Shown here one piece after another: positions 1 through 8,918 of a stretch of 64,000 nucleotides of DNA. The first letter of the stretch is position 1. Each line of letters opens with the position of its first letter. The position numbers were made by a program, and so were the translations under genes. Source of the DNA: Alphaproteobacteria bacterium (GTDB taxonomy: Bacteria; Pseudomonadota; Alphaproteobacteria; Bin95); the NCBI GenBank assembly GCA_963665325.3, contig CAXXWS020000004.1:192001-256000 (forward strand), in the 5' to 3' direction. The notes beneath the pieces were generated by a model. That model was given only the letters and a program-made list of their open reading frames with translations, was not told where the DNA came from and ran no database searches.

Positions 1-1
1 C

Positions 2-145
2 GAGATCGCGGCGGCAACAGGGCGCAGCCAGAGGGCTATCCGCTGGCACCTCGGTCATATCTTCGCCAAGCATGGCATCTCCCGGCAAGTCGAGCTGGTG
101 CAGCTGGTGACGGTGCTTTGCAACATTCCGGAGTCCCGGCCGTGA
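2..145 (+). CDS. LuxR-family HTH transcriptional regulator, C-terminal part (runs off window start)
   Basis: Manual translation of frame +2: EIAAATGRSQRAIRWHLGHIFAKHGISRQVELVQLV...; matches the LuxR/GerE HTH pattern EIA..GxS..T(V)R.HL..IF.K.G...Q.EL. TGA at 143-145. Confidence 0.75.
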   Translation, partial: EIAAATGRSQRAIRWHLGHIFAKHGISRQVELVQLVTVLCNIPESRP

Positions 146-318
146 CAGCCGCCCGGCGCCGAGAGACGAGATGCTCTTCGATATCCAGATGACGCTCCTG
201 GACGCTCCCTGACGATCGAGTTCGGGAGAGGACCGGCGCCTCGGACGGCCTCGCGACCGCCAACCGGCGATAGCCGATCAGGCCAAACCCGGGGCCCGGA
301 TCAAAACGGCCAAATGCT

Positions 319-360
319 CAGGATTCGCGGTCAAATCCCGCAGGAATCGCGGTCAAGTCC
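319..360. repeat. Two 20-bp imperfect direct repeats with 22-bp period (possible integrase arm-type sites)
   Basis: caggattcgcggtcaaatcc (319-338) and caggaatcgcggtcaagtcc (341-360), next to the truncated integrase. Confidence 0.55.
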
Positions 361-388
361 GCCAGGACTTTGCAGATTTCACCGGGTC

Positions 389-1030
389 TCATGGCGGTCC
401 AGCACCATACCGAGGCGGCGCCTCGGGCAACAGGAAACGGTCCGAGCGCTTCTGTCGATAGCGCCGGATGCCCTTGCAGGGATTGCCGCCATCGGGCCGA
501 TACCCCCAGGCTTCGGCCTGCTGCATGATGACGGACAGGATCGGCGCCGAACGGTTTGCCCCCGCCGGCGTCGCATGGAGCGAACGGAACCACCGCTGGA
601 CGTCCTCACGGGTGATTTCCGCGACAGGCCGGCCCGCGAAGAAGGGCAGGATCTGACTGCGGAGATAGCGGCGGTTGACCGCGAGCGTTCGCGGCTTCCA
701 GCGCCTGCCGTAGCGGACGAAGACTTCCTCTGCCACGGTCTCGAACAGCGTATCGCCGGACCCTTCCGTCTCTATATCCCTATCGTCGCGCAGTGCGGCC
801 AGCATGGACCGGGCATGGGCGCGTGCTTCCGCCTCGGACATGACCGCCGCATCGCCGACAATCTTCCAGACCCGATGGCCCCGATGCTGGCTGTGGAGGG
901 AATACCGCTTCGTGCCCGAGGGCGTGATGCGGACACCGTATCCCTTCAGTTCTGCGTCCCTGACACTGCGGACAGTCTTGCGGGACCGGAGGGCGTCGAC
1001 CCGGCGCTGGGTGAGGCGAATGGCTACCAT
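389..1030 (-). pseudogene. Truncated tyrosine recombinase/integrase (arm-binding and core-binding domains only)
   Basis: MVAIRLTQRRVDAL...VRDAELKGYGVRITPSGTKRY (arm-DNA-binding-like), then WFRSLHATPAGANRSAPILSVIMQQAEAWG...NPCKGIRRY. The ORF ends just after 'RFL', before the catalytic R-H-R-Y domain. Confidence 0.8.
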
Positions 1031-1283
1031 GACTGCGGTTCCCCGATCTGTTTGCATTCGTGTGCAAAACCGGGTTCGATTCCGCGCCCGGTTGCACCGG
1101 AAACGGAGACAATCCACAATCATGTCAGATGGTTAGCACCGAAGGTGCGCTGAGATGTGTGCATGCGGTAGCCCGCAAGCGGGAGGGGGGAACAGGCGCA
1201 GCCTCCCGTCGGGTGGAAGGGCAGCAGTGCGAAACGCCCCCGGACATGGGTCCCGCATCGAGCACTCCGGTTTGAGCGGGCCG

Positions 1284-1520
1284 ATGGCGCTTCACCAGAT
1301 TCTCGCCCTTGCCGTCCTCATCGCGCTCGGCATTGCAGTGGACGCCGCCGTGAGGCTCGTGCGCGCGAAGAAGCGCCCCGGCACCGACACGGCATGGCAG
1401 CGCAAACGCCTGGCCCTCTTCCTCGCGGTCTTCCTGGCGTTGGCGGCGGCATTCCTGACGATCAACCCGGACAGTCCGGGGACGCCGCAAAGCCTGTCGT
1501 CCGAAGGAGTATCCGAATGA
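1284..1520 (+). CDS. Small two-TM membrane protein
   Basis: Two hydrophobic stretches; ATGA overlap with the adenosine deaminase start. Confidence 0.55.
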   Translation: MALHQILALAVLIALGIAVDAAVRLVRAKKRPGTDTAWQRKRLALFLAVFLALAAAFLTINPDSPGTPQSLSSEGVSE

Positions 1521-2512
1521 CGGAACACGACGCCTGGCTGGCCGGCCTGCCGAAGGCGGAACTGCACCTGCATCTGGAGGGCGCCATCCCGCTGCCGGCG
1601 CTGTTCGAGCTGGTCGAGGCCGCCGGTGGGGACCCGGCCGTGCCGACCGTTGAGGCATTGCGGGACCGCCTTGCCTATCCCGATTTCCCGGCCTTCATCG
1701 ACGCCTGGATCTGGAAGAACGGTTTCCTGCGGACCTACGGCGACTTCACTTTCATCGCCGAGGCCGTCGCCAAAGACCTTGCGCGCCAGAACATCCGCTA
1801 TGCGGAACTGTTCTTCTCGCCCGGCAGGTTTGCGGACCGGGGGCTGACGACTGCCGGTCTGGCAGCGGCCATCCGCAGCGGCTTCGACCGGGTTCCGGAG
1901 GTGACGCTCTACCTGATCGCCGATCTCGTTCGCGACCTCGGGCCGCAAAATGCGGCAAGGACGCTTGCCGAGGTCGTGGAAGTCGCGGGCGAAGCCGGCA
2001 TTCCGGGTATCGGCATCGGCGGCTCCGAACATCTCTATCCGCCCGAACCCTTTGCCGCCGTCTATGAGGAGGCCCGCAAGGCGGGGCTGCGCACAAGCGC
2101 CCATGCCGGCGAGGCGGCCGGGGCCAAGAGCGTCCGCGGGGCGGTGGAGGCGCTGCGGGTGGACCGCATCGGCCATGCGCTCCGCGCGGAAGAGGACGAG
2201 GCGGTGGTCGATCTGCTGGCGCGCAGCGGTGTCGTGCTCGAACTCTGTCCGCTTTCGAATCTCGCCACCGGCGTCATCGGGCGGATCGAGGACCATCCGG
2301 TGCGCCGCTACTGGGGGCGCGGCCTCAACATCACGATCAACACCGACGACCCGGGCATGTTCCACAACAGCCTCGCCGGCGAATACGCCGTGCTGATGGA
2401 TGTCTTCGGGTTCGGCCGCGATGAAATCCGGCGTCTGGCCGCCGCCGCTCTGGAGGGCGCCTGGTGCGGGCCGGACGAGAAGGCGAAGCTGCGTCCGCTT
2501 TTCGCCGCTTGA
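1517..2512 (+). CDS. add: Adenosine/adenine deaminase
   Basis: LPKAELHLHLEG, AHAGEAAG, RIGH, ELCPLSN and INTDDP motifs; AAGGAG RBS upstream. Confidence 0.9.
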   Translation: MTEHDAWLAGLPKAELHLHLEGAIPLPALFELVEAAGGDPAVPTVEALRDRLAYPDFPAFIDAWIWKNGFLRTYGDFTFIAEAVAKDLARQNIRYAELFFSPGRFADRGLTTAGLAAAIRSGFDRVPEVTLYLIADLVRDLGPQNAARTLAEVVEVAGEAGIPGIGIGGSEHLYPPEPFAAVYEEARKAGLRTSAHAGEAAGAKSVRGAVEALRVDRIGHALRAEEDEAVVDLLARSGVVLELCPLSNLATGVIGRIEDHPVRRYWGRGLNITINTDDPGMFHNSLAGEYAVLMDVFGFGRDEIRRLAAAALEGAWCGPDEKAKLRPLFAA

Positions 2513-2547
2513 CCCGCACCGTCCGGACTTGCCACTAATCGGGCTGC

Positions 2548-2642
2548 GGAGGGGAATCCGGTCCGGTGGCCGGCTCGGTCTTCAAAACCGCTGCGGCGGC
2601 GCATCGCTGCCAGGTGGGTTCGACTCCCACTCTCCTCCGCCA
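2548..2642 (+). tRNA. selC: tRNA-Sec (UCA)
   Basis: 8-bp acceptor stem GGAGGGGA/TCTCCTCC, anticodon loop CTTCAAA in a CGGT/ACCG stem, long variable arm, 5-bp T stem GTGGG-TTCGACT-CCCAC, discriminator G plus encoded CCA; 95 nt, 8/5 fold. Confidence 0.95.
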
Positions 2643-2819
2643 GTCCGGGCGTATGCAGACATCTCGTTTGGATTTGCATCCGCTGCGCCCGCCGGGCCGA
2701 CCGCACCGCACTCCGCGCCGCTTTCGCCACTTCCGCCCGGGTCCGCAGCTGCCCGCGTTGTTTTCCACAAGATGATGACTCATTGGTTCTGAAATTTGGT
2801 AATATTTCCCAAAACAGGA

Positions 2820-2847
2820 CTTGACCCTCAGGAAATTATGCTAAGAT
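2820..2847 (+). promoter_or_regulatory. Sigma70-like promoter of element copy A
   Basis: cTTGACC-N15-TAAGAT with an extended -10 TG; same spacing in copy B (cTTGACC-N15-TAGTAT, 11485-11458 on -). Confidence 0.55.
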
Positions 2848-3146
2848 AGGTCCAAGGGAGGTGGCGTCCGCGCGGACCGCTTCCCTTCGCGTCGGCCCGG
2901 CGCGGAACGACCCCGATTCAGCAGACAGGTGAAGTGCGCCCTCCGGCTCGCGCGCGCAATCAGGCGCGCGAACCGCGCCGGCGCCAACACGCGCCCGCGC
3001 CCGCCCGCGATACGCGCGAAACAGGGTCGTTCCCCGCCGGGGCGGCCTGTCTGTCCGTCAACGCCGTCCCCGCCGGCCCGGCGCGGTCCCGCACCGCAGC
3101 CGGGCTTCCGGTATCGAACGCCAGCGGAACGAAGGAGCCGCACCCC

Positions 3147-4127
3147 ATGCCCATCATCCAACCCGCCGTCGCGCTGTCCACACGCCAGGAGGCCTTCTGC
3201 CGCCACTATGCGGTTTCCGGCAATGCCGCAGACGCTGCAAGGCAGGCGGGCTACTCCGACCGCTCCGCCCGCCAGACCGGCTGCGCCTTATTGGAACGAC
3301 CCTACATTGTGGAACGGCTGCGGCGCATCCGCCTGTCCTGGAAGCGCACCGAGAGGGACGAGGCCCGTATCCTGCTCGCCCGGCTGGAGCAGGCCTGGGA
3401 CGCGGCCGTCGCCAGCGGCTCGGCCTACACGATGCTGCGGGTACTGCGCTTCCAGGCCGAGATTGCAGGGCTTACGGGGCCGACAACCGCGCGCCGTGCG
3501 GGGCTCTGGCCGATGCCGCACGAGGACGAACTCGGCGAGATCGAAGCGGGCGAGGCGCAGGAGGCGGGCACCGAGCCCGGCCCCTTGGCCGAGGCCGTGC
3601 GCAGCGGCCTCGACAGCGCCCGATGCGCGCTCGCGCGGCACCATGCCAGCCGGGAGGAGCTCGAGGCGCAGGAGGGTTTCGACCGGGCCGCGCACGAGGA
3701 AGTTGCCCGCAGGATCGCCGGAGCCGTCGAGGAGCGGACGCGCCTGCCCGTCTGCTTCGAGGCTCCCGCACCGCCCCCGGACGACGACCGGCCCCCCGCC
3801 GACGACCCGCCCGAGGAGACCTACGAGAACTGCCCGTGGGCAGGCGGCGAAGGGTCTGGCGACGAGGACAGGGTCGACGGTGACAGGGCCGACGGCGCCG
3901 AACATGACTGGCTCTACCAGCGCCGCAACGGCTACGCCGAAATCTACGACCCCTGGGCCCCGGAGGAGGTCCGGCAGCGAACGCGGAACCGCCTCGAACG
4001 GGAAGAGCGGGGCAGCGGCGAAGACGGTGACTGGAGTGGACCGGCAACGAAAAAGAATAAGAAGAAGAGGGCAAGGAAGACCGGGCCCGAGGGCGCCGGT
4101 TCCGCGCCGGACCATGACAGAACATGA
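3147..4127 (+). CDS. Orphan protein with N-terminal phage terminase small-subunit-like HTH domain and acidic low-complexity tail
   Basis: LSTRQEAFCRHYAVSGNAADAARQAGYSDRSARQTGCALLERPYI resembles the Terminase_2 pattern LT.KQ..F..EY...NAT.AA..AGYS..TA...G..LL..P.I; AAGGAG RBS. Confidence 0.75.
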   Translation: MPIIQPAVALSTRQEAFCRHYAVSGNAADAARQAGYSDRSARQTGCALLERPYIVERLRRIRLSWKRTERDEARILLARLEQAWDAAVASGSAYTMLRVLRFQAEIAGLTGPTTARRAGLWPMPHEDELGEIEAGEAQEAGTEPGPLAEAVRSGLDSARCALARHHASREELEAQEGFDRAAHEEVARRIAGAVEERTRLPVCFEAPAPPPDDDRPPADDPPEETYENCPWAGGEGSGDEDRVDGDRADGAEHDWLYQRRNGYAEIYDPWAPEEVRQRTRNRLEREERGSGEDGDWSGPATKKNKKKRARKTGPEGAGSAPDHDRT

Positions 4128-4138
4128 CATTGCATGAC
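4113..4138 (+). repeat. Three CATGAC boxes at 10-bp period
   Basis: CATGAC at 4113, 4123 and 4133. Confidence 0.85.
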
Positions 4139-4185
4139 ACTTCCCAAGGGGTCTCCTGCGGCGAGGCCGCGCCATGCCGGGACAG

Positions 4186-4277
4186 CCTCCCTCGCAAGCG
4201 AAGGAGGGAGACAAGGAAGTCAGGCCGGCGCCATGGAATCCCCTCGCCCCGCTTGCGGGGAAAGGCCGGGAGAGGGG
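4186..4277. repeat. REP-like palindromes between convergent genes
   Basis: cctccctcgcaagcgaaggaggg and cccctcgccccgcttgcggggaaaggccgggagagggg resemble alphaproteobacterial REP-type hairpins; a related fragment cccgcaagcgggagggggg lies at about 1172-1190. Confidence 0.55.
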
Positions 4278-4306
4278 CCGGCTGGCCGCGCGGCCCCCGC
4301 CGTCGC

Positions 4307-6076
4307 TCAGTGCGAGTGGCGCGGCGGTTCCGCGGCGACGCGGCGGTAGCGGGTGGCGAACTCCAGGCAGCCGCCCTCGGCGAGCTGGCCCACATGGCTG
4401 CGGTAAAGCTCCTCCCAGGGCGTGTGGTTCTCCAGCGCCGGCGGGTCGTAGGCGGCCTGGCGCGCGGCGAGCACCTCTTCGGGAAGCAGGATATCGACGC
4501 GGCGCGTCCGCAGGTCCACCCGCAGCCGGTCGCCCGTTTCCAGTATGGCGAGATTACCGCCGACCGCGCTCTCCGGGCTCGCATTCAGGATCGACGGGCT
4601 GCCCGAAGTGCCGGACTGGCGGCCGTCGCCGATGGTCGGCAATTCGGTGACGCCGGCGCGGATGAGGGCCGCGGGCGGCTGCATATTGACGACTTCCGCC
4701 GAGCCCGGATAGCCGACCGGCCCGGCGCCGCGCATCACCAGTATGCAGGTTCCGTCGATGCCGAGCGCCGGGTCGTCGAGGCGCGCGTGGTAGTCCTCCG
4801 GCCCGTCGAACACGATGGCCTTGCCCTCGAAGGCGTCAGGGTCGTCCGGGTTCGAGAGGAACCGGGCGCGGAACTCCTCGGAGATCACGCTGGTTTTCAT
4901 CACCGCGGCGTCGAACAAATTGCCGCCCATGACGACGAAGCCGGCGCGCTCCTTCAGCGGCTGTCCCCAGGGGCGGATCACGTCCTCGTCGAGCGGCGCG
5001 GCATCGCCGATATTCTCTTCGATGGTCTTGCCCGTGACGGTGAGCGCGTCCGGGTTCAGCTTCCCGGCGCGCAGCAGCTCGCCCATGACAGCGGGCACGC
5101 CGCCCGCCCGGTGGTAGTCCTCGGCCAGATAGTCGCCGGCCGGCTGGCAGTTGACCAGGAGCGGGATGTCGTAGCCGCACTCCTGCCAGTCCTCCAATAC
5201 CAGTTCGACGCCCATATGGCGCGCGATGGCGTTGATGTGGATCGGCGCGTTTGTGGACCCGCCGATGGCGCTGTTGACCGTGATCGCGTTCTCGAAGGCG
5301 GCGCGGGTCAGGATGCGGTCGGGCGTCAGGTCCTCGTGGATCATGGCGACGATGCGCCGCCCGGTTTCATAGGCGTATTGCGCGCGCTCCTTGTGCGGGG
5401 CGGGCGGTGCGGCGGAGCCCGGCAGCGACATGCCGAGCGCCTCGGCGAGCGAGTTCATCGTCGTCGCCGTGCCCATGGTGTTGCAGTGGCCGGGGCTCGG
5501 CGCCGAGGAGGCCACCATCTCGATGAACTCCTCATAGCCGATCTCGCCCGCCGCCTGGAGCTTGCGCGCCTCCCAGACGATGGTGCCGGAACCGACGCGC
5601 CTGCCCTTCCACCAGCCGTTGAACATCGGCCCGCCATTGAGCGAGATCGCCGGCAGGTTCGCCGTCGCCGCCGCCATGATCATCGCCGGCGTGGTCTTGT
5701 CGCAGCCCGTGGTCAGGATCACCCCGTCGATGGGATAGCCGTGAAGCACCTCGACCAGACCCAGATAGGCGAGGTTGCGGTCGATGGCGGCGGTCGGGCG
5801 GCGCCCGCTCTCCTGGATCGGGTGTACCGGGAACTCGATGGCGATGCCGCCCGCCTCGCGGATGCCGGCGCGCATGCGCTCCGCCAGGCTCTGGTGGATG
5901 CGGTTGCAGGGCGAGAGGTCGGAGCCGGTCTGCGCGATGCCGACGATGGGCTTGCCGGACTGCAACTCCTCCCGCGTGATGCCGTAGTTCATGTACCGCT
6001 CGATATACATGGCGGTCATGCCCGGATCGTGCGGGTCGTTGAACCAACTCCGGCTGCGCAACTGCTTCCCGGCCAT
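4307..6076 (-). CDS. IlvD/Edd-family dehydratase (sugar-acid dehydratase type)
   Basis: GKPIVGIAQTGSDLSPCN, TTGCDKTTPA, GHCNTMGTATTMN, GDGRQSGTS. Confidence 0.92.
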   Translation of the reverse strand: MAGKQLRSRSWFNDPHDPGMTAMYIERYMNYGITREELQSGKPIVGIAQTGSDLSPCNRIHQSLAERMRAGIREAGGIAIEFPVHPIQESGRRPTAAIDRNLAYLGLVEVLHGYPIDGVILTTGCDKTTPAMIMAAATANLPAISLNGGPMFNGWWKGRRVGSGTIVWEARKLQAAGEIGYEEFIEMVASSAPSPGHCNTMGTATTMNSLAEALGMSLPGSAAPPAPHKERAQYAYETGRRIVAMIHEDLTPDRILTRAAFENAITVNSAIGGSTNAPIHINAIARHMGVELVLEDWQECGYDIPLLVNCQPAGDYLAEDYHRAGGVPAVMGELLRAGKLNPDALTVTGKTIEENIGDAAPLDEDVIRPWGQPLKERAGFVVMGGNLFDAAVMKTSVISEEFRARFLSNPDDPDAFEGKAIVFDGPEDYHARLDDPALGIDGTCILVMRGAGPVGYPGSAEVVNMQPPAALIRAGVTELPTIGDGRQSGTSGSPSILNASPESAVGGNLAILETGDRLRVDLRTRRVDILLPEEVLAARQAAYDPPALENHTPWEELYRSHVGQLAEGGCLEFATRYRRVAAEPPRHSH

Positions 6077-6184
6077 GAGACGCTCTCCCCTCTGCTTGAG
6101 GCCGCGAGGGTAGCGAAGCGTTTTGCCGCCGGGAAGGCGTGCGTTACAATCCGGCGCGCGACAGGACGGGGGCCGGGAACGGTC

Positions 6185-7126
6185 ATGCAGGGAATGCGGG
6201 TAACGGTATTCGGCGGCGCCGGGTTCGTCGGGCGCTACATCGTCAAGCGGCTCGCGGCGGCGGGCGCCGGCGTCCGGGTCGCATGCCGGGACCCGGAACG
6301 GGCGAAGTTCCTGAAGCCTGCAGGCGACGTCGGCCAGGTCGTGCCGGTGCAGGCCAATCTGCGCTATCCGGAGAGCGTGCGCGCGGCGGTCGAGGGCGTC
6401 GATGCGGTCGTCAATTGCGTGGGCGTTCTGGCGAGCCGGGGGCCGCAGTCCTTCTCGGCGATCCATGCGGCGGGCGCGGGCACGGTCGCCTCCGCTTCCG
6501 CCGAGGCCGGCGTCGGCAAGCTCGTGCATATCTCCGCCATCGGGGCGGATGCGGACTCCACGGCGGCATATGCCCGCTCCAAGGCGGCGGGCGAGGCCGC
6601 GATGCGCGAGGCCTTCGCGCATGCCGCGATCCTGAGGCCGAGCCTCGTAATCGGGCCGGAGGACGACTTCTTCAACCGGTTCGCGCTCATGGCCCGGCTG
6701 CTCCCGGCGCTGCCGCTGATCGGCGGTGGCCTCACGCGCTTCCAGCCGGCCTATGTCGGCGATGTGGCCGATGCGGCGGTCGCGGCGCTCGACCGGGCGG
6801 GCGGCCTGTTCGAGCTTGGCGGGCCGAAGGTCTATTCGTTCAGGCAGTTGATGGAATTGCTGCTCGCCGAGATCGGCCGCAAGCGCCTGCTGGTGCCGGT
6901 GCCGTTCCAGATCATGCAGGCCAAGGCCGCCTTCATCCAGTTCTTGCCCGGCGCGCCGATCACGCCGGACCAGGTCGAATTGCTGAAATACGACAATGTC
7001 GTGTCCGAGGGCGCGGCCGGCTTTGCGGAGCTCGGCATCGAGCCGAGGGACATCGAAACTGTCATCCCCACCTATCTCGACCGCTTCCGCATCCGGGGCC
7101 GCTTCGCCGGGCGCGATCCGGCCTGA
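6185..7126 (+). CDS. Complex I NDUFA9-like NAD(P)-dependent epimerase/dehydratase
   Basis: VTVFGGAGFVGRY Rossmann motif, GDVGQVVP, YARSK, FQPAYVGDVA. Confidence 0.88.
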   Translation: MQGMRVTVFGGAGFVGRYIVKRLAAAGAGVRVACRDPERAKFLKPAGDVGQVVPVQANLRYPESVRAAVEGVDAVVNCVGVLASRGPQSFSAIHAAGAGTVASASAEAGVGKLVHISAIGADADSTAAYARSKAAGEAAMREAFAHAAILRPSLVIGPEDDFFNRFALMARLLPALPLIGGGLTRFQPAYVGDVADAAVAALDRAGGLFELGGPKVYSFRQLMELLLAEIGRKRLLVPVPFQIMQAKAAFIQFLPGAPITPDQVELLKYDNVVSEGAAGFAELGIEPRDIETVIPTYLDRFRIRGRFAGRDPA

Positions 7127-7128
7127 CG

Positions 7129-8022
7129 CTGCAAGCGGTAAACCGGCCCGCCGGAGGGCGCGAGGCCCGCGCCATCGCGGCGGCGCTCGTGGCAATGGTG
7201 TTCTGGGGCGCCTGGTTTCCGCTGTCGCGCCTTTCCGTCACCGAGTCGATCACGCCCGAGGACCTCGCCATCCTGCGGGTGGGCGTGCCGGCCGTGCTGC
7301 TGCTGCCGGTAGCGCTCCGGTTGGGCTTCAAGGCCGGCAAGGCGGGCTGGTGGGGGACGGCGGCGATGGCCGGGACCATCGGCATCCCCTTCGCGCTGGT
7401 GCTCGGCACGGGCCTGCTCCACGCCCCGGCCGCTCACGCCGCGATCTTCATTCCCGGCACCTTTCCGGCCCTTACCGCGCTGCTCGGCATCCTGCTGCTG
7501 CGCGAGCGGGCCGGCGGACTGAGGCTCACGGGCGTCGGCCTGACCGTGGCCGGCGTCGGCCTGACCGCCCTTTCCGCGCTGCAGGACGCGCCGCCGGGCG
7601 GCCTCGGCGGCTACGCGCTGTTCCATCTGGGCGCCTGGATGTGGGCCATCTACACGGTGACGGCGCGCCGGGCCGAGGTCTCGCCGCTCCACGCGGCAGC
7701 GATCCTTTCCACCGTTTCGACGGCGGCCTTCCTGCCGCTCTTCCTGCTGTTCGGCGAGAGCCGGCTGCTGGAGATTCCCCTGGCCTCCCTGGCCTGGCAG
7801 GCCCTTGTCCACGGCGTTCTGGGCGGCATCGTCTCGATCTGGCTCTACAGCTACGCCATCGGCGTGCTGGGCGCAGGCCGTACCGGCGTCTTCGCGGGCC
7901 TGGTGCCGGGCCTCGGCGCGCTGTTCTCCGCGCTGCTGCTCGGCGAGAGCCTCGCCTGGCCGGAGCTCGCGGGCCTCGCGATCGTCACCGCCGGCATCGT
8001 CATGGTGCAGGCGGGGCGGTAG
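7129..8022 (+). CDS. DMT/EamA-family transporter (start uncertain)
   Basis: About 10 hydrophobic helices, with LLRER and LLGESL EamA-type ends. Confidence 0.8.
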   Translation: MQAVNRPAGGREARAIAAALVAMVFWGAWFPLSRLSVTESITPEDLAILRVGVPAVLLLPVALRLGFKAGKAGWWGTAAMAGTIGIPFALVLGTGLLHAPAAHAAIFIPGTFPALTALLGILLLRERAGGLRLTGVGLTVAGVGLTALSALQDAPPGGLGGYALFHLGAWMWAIYTVTARRAEVSPLHAAAILSTVSTAAFLPLFLLFGESRLLEIPLASLAWQALVHGVLGGIVSIWLYSYAIGVLGAGRTGVFAGLVPGLGALFSALLLGESLAWPELAGLAIVTAGIVMVQAGR

Positions 8023-8036
8023 GCCGGCGTCCTTGG

Positions 8037-8918
8037 CTACCGTCCTCTTGCGATCCGCGTTTCGGCGGCGAGGTTCCACCAGGCACCGGCGACGATCATG
8101 CAGGCGCCGACCAGCACCATCGTCTCCGGCACCTCCAGATAGAGGACGAACCCGACCAGGCCGAGCAACGGTAGCTGGATATAGGTGACCGGCACCACGA
8201 CCGAGATGTCGCCGAGGCGGATGGACTGGTTCATGGTGAGATGCGCGACCACGCCCGTGAAGCCGACAATGGCGATCCAGCCCGCGTCCTCCCACACGAC
8301 CGGCGTCCACTGGCCCCAATTGGCGAGCGCCGCGATGGGCAGCTGGATTATCAGCATGTAGAGGACGATCTGGATCGGCGTGTCCGTGCGCATCAGGTGC
8401 TTGGAGAGCACATTCGCGCCTGCATAGCCGGCCGCGCCGAAAATGCACACCAGCGCCGCCCATTCGACCGGCACCGCGTGGGGCCGCAGGATGACCAGCA
8501 CGCCCGCGAAGCCGAGCGCGACGACCGCCCAGCGCCGGAGCCCCGCGCGCTCGCCGAGGAAGCCGACGGCGAGCAAGGTCGCCCAGATCGGCGTGGTCGC
8601 CATCAGCGCGCTCATGTCGATCAGGCTCAGCGCCGCGATGCCGTAGAACCAGGCGTACTGGCCGACGAAGTGGACGCCGTTGCGGGCGAGATGCAGCAGC
8701 GGCCGGCGGGTGGCGATGCGCCCGGCGGCGAGCGCGAGCGGCAGGGCGGCGAACAGGCCCACGAAGCTCCGCAGCACCATGATCTGCGCGGTGGACATGG
8801 TGTCCGAGAGCTGCCGCGCCGCCACCGCCATCGCCATGAAGCAAAGCACGGTGCCGCACATCCAGAGTGCGCCGACGATATTGTTCCGGGCGGCTATGCG
8901 CCGGTCGGGCGCCCTCAT
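8037..8918 (-). CDS. DMT/EamA-family transporter
   Basis: FLGERAGLRRWAVVALGFAGVLVILRP; ATGA overlap with the upstream lyase. Confidence 0.85.
   Translation of the reverse strand: MRAPDRRIAARNNIVGALWMCGTVLCFMAMAVAARQLSDTMSTAQIMVLRSFVGLFAALPLALAAGRIATRRPLLHLARNGVHFVGQYAWFYGIAALSLIDMSALMATTPIWATLLAVGFLGERAGLRRWAVVALGFAGVLVILRPHAVPVEWAALVCIFGAAGYAGANVLSKHLMRTDTPIQIVLYMLIIQLPIAALANWGQWTPVVWEDAGWIAIVGFTGVVAHLTMNQSIRLGDISVVVPVTYIQLPLLGLVGFVLYLEVPETMVLVGACMIVAGAWWNLAAETRIARGR

Larger units (their letters stand above)
2786..4138 (+). mobile_element. Unclassified dispersed element, full-length copy A (promoter-like motif, structured leader, TerS-like ORF, 3x CATGAC)
   Basis: Both ends are homologous to the reverse complement of 11139-11519 (see findings); mobility is inferred, not shown. 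Confidence 0.55.

Noticed and set aside
1068-1093. tRNA or tRNA-derived att fragment (GGTTCGATTCC)
   Set aside because: T-loop-like motif only; no cloverleaf or CCA end, and it does not match the selC 3' end beyond the generic motif.
2786-4300. Prophage at tRNA-Sec
   Set aside because: Only a TerS-like domain is present; no terL, portal, capsid, tail, adjacent intact integrase or duplicated att.
4124-6184. N-terminal 687 aa of the 1000-aa + strand ORF, and similar long shadow ORFs (8867-10636, 18654-20798, 56561-58621, 60577-62424)
   Set aside because: Antisense or alternate-frame shadows of well-supported genes, expected in high-GC DNA; no recognisable motifs.
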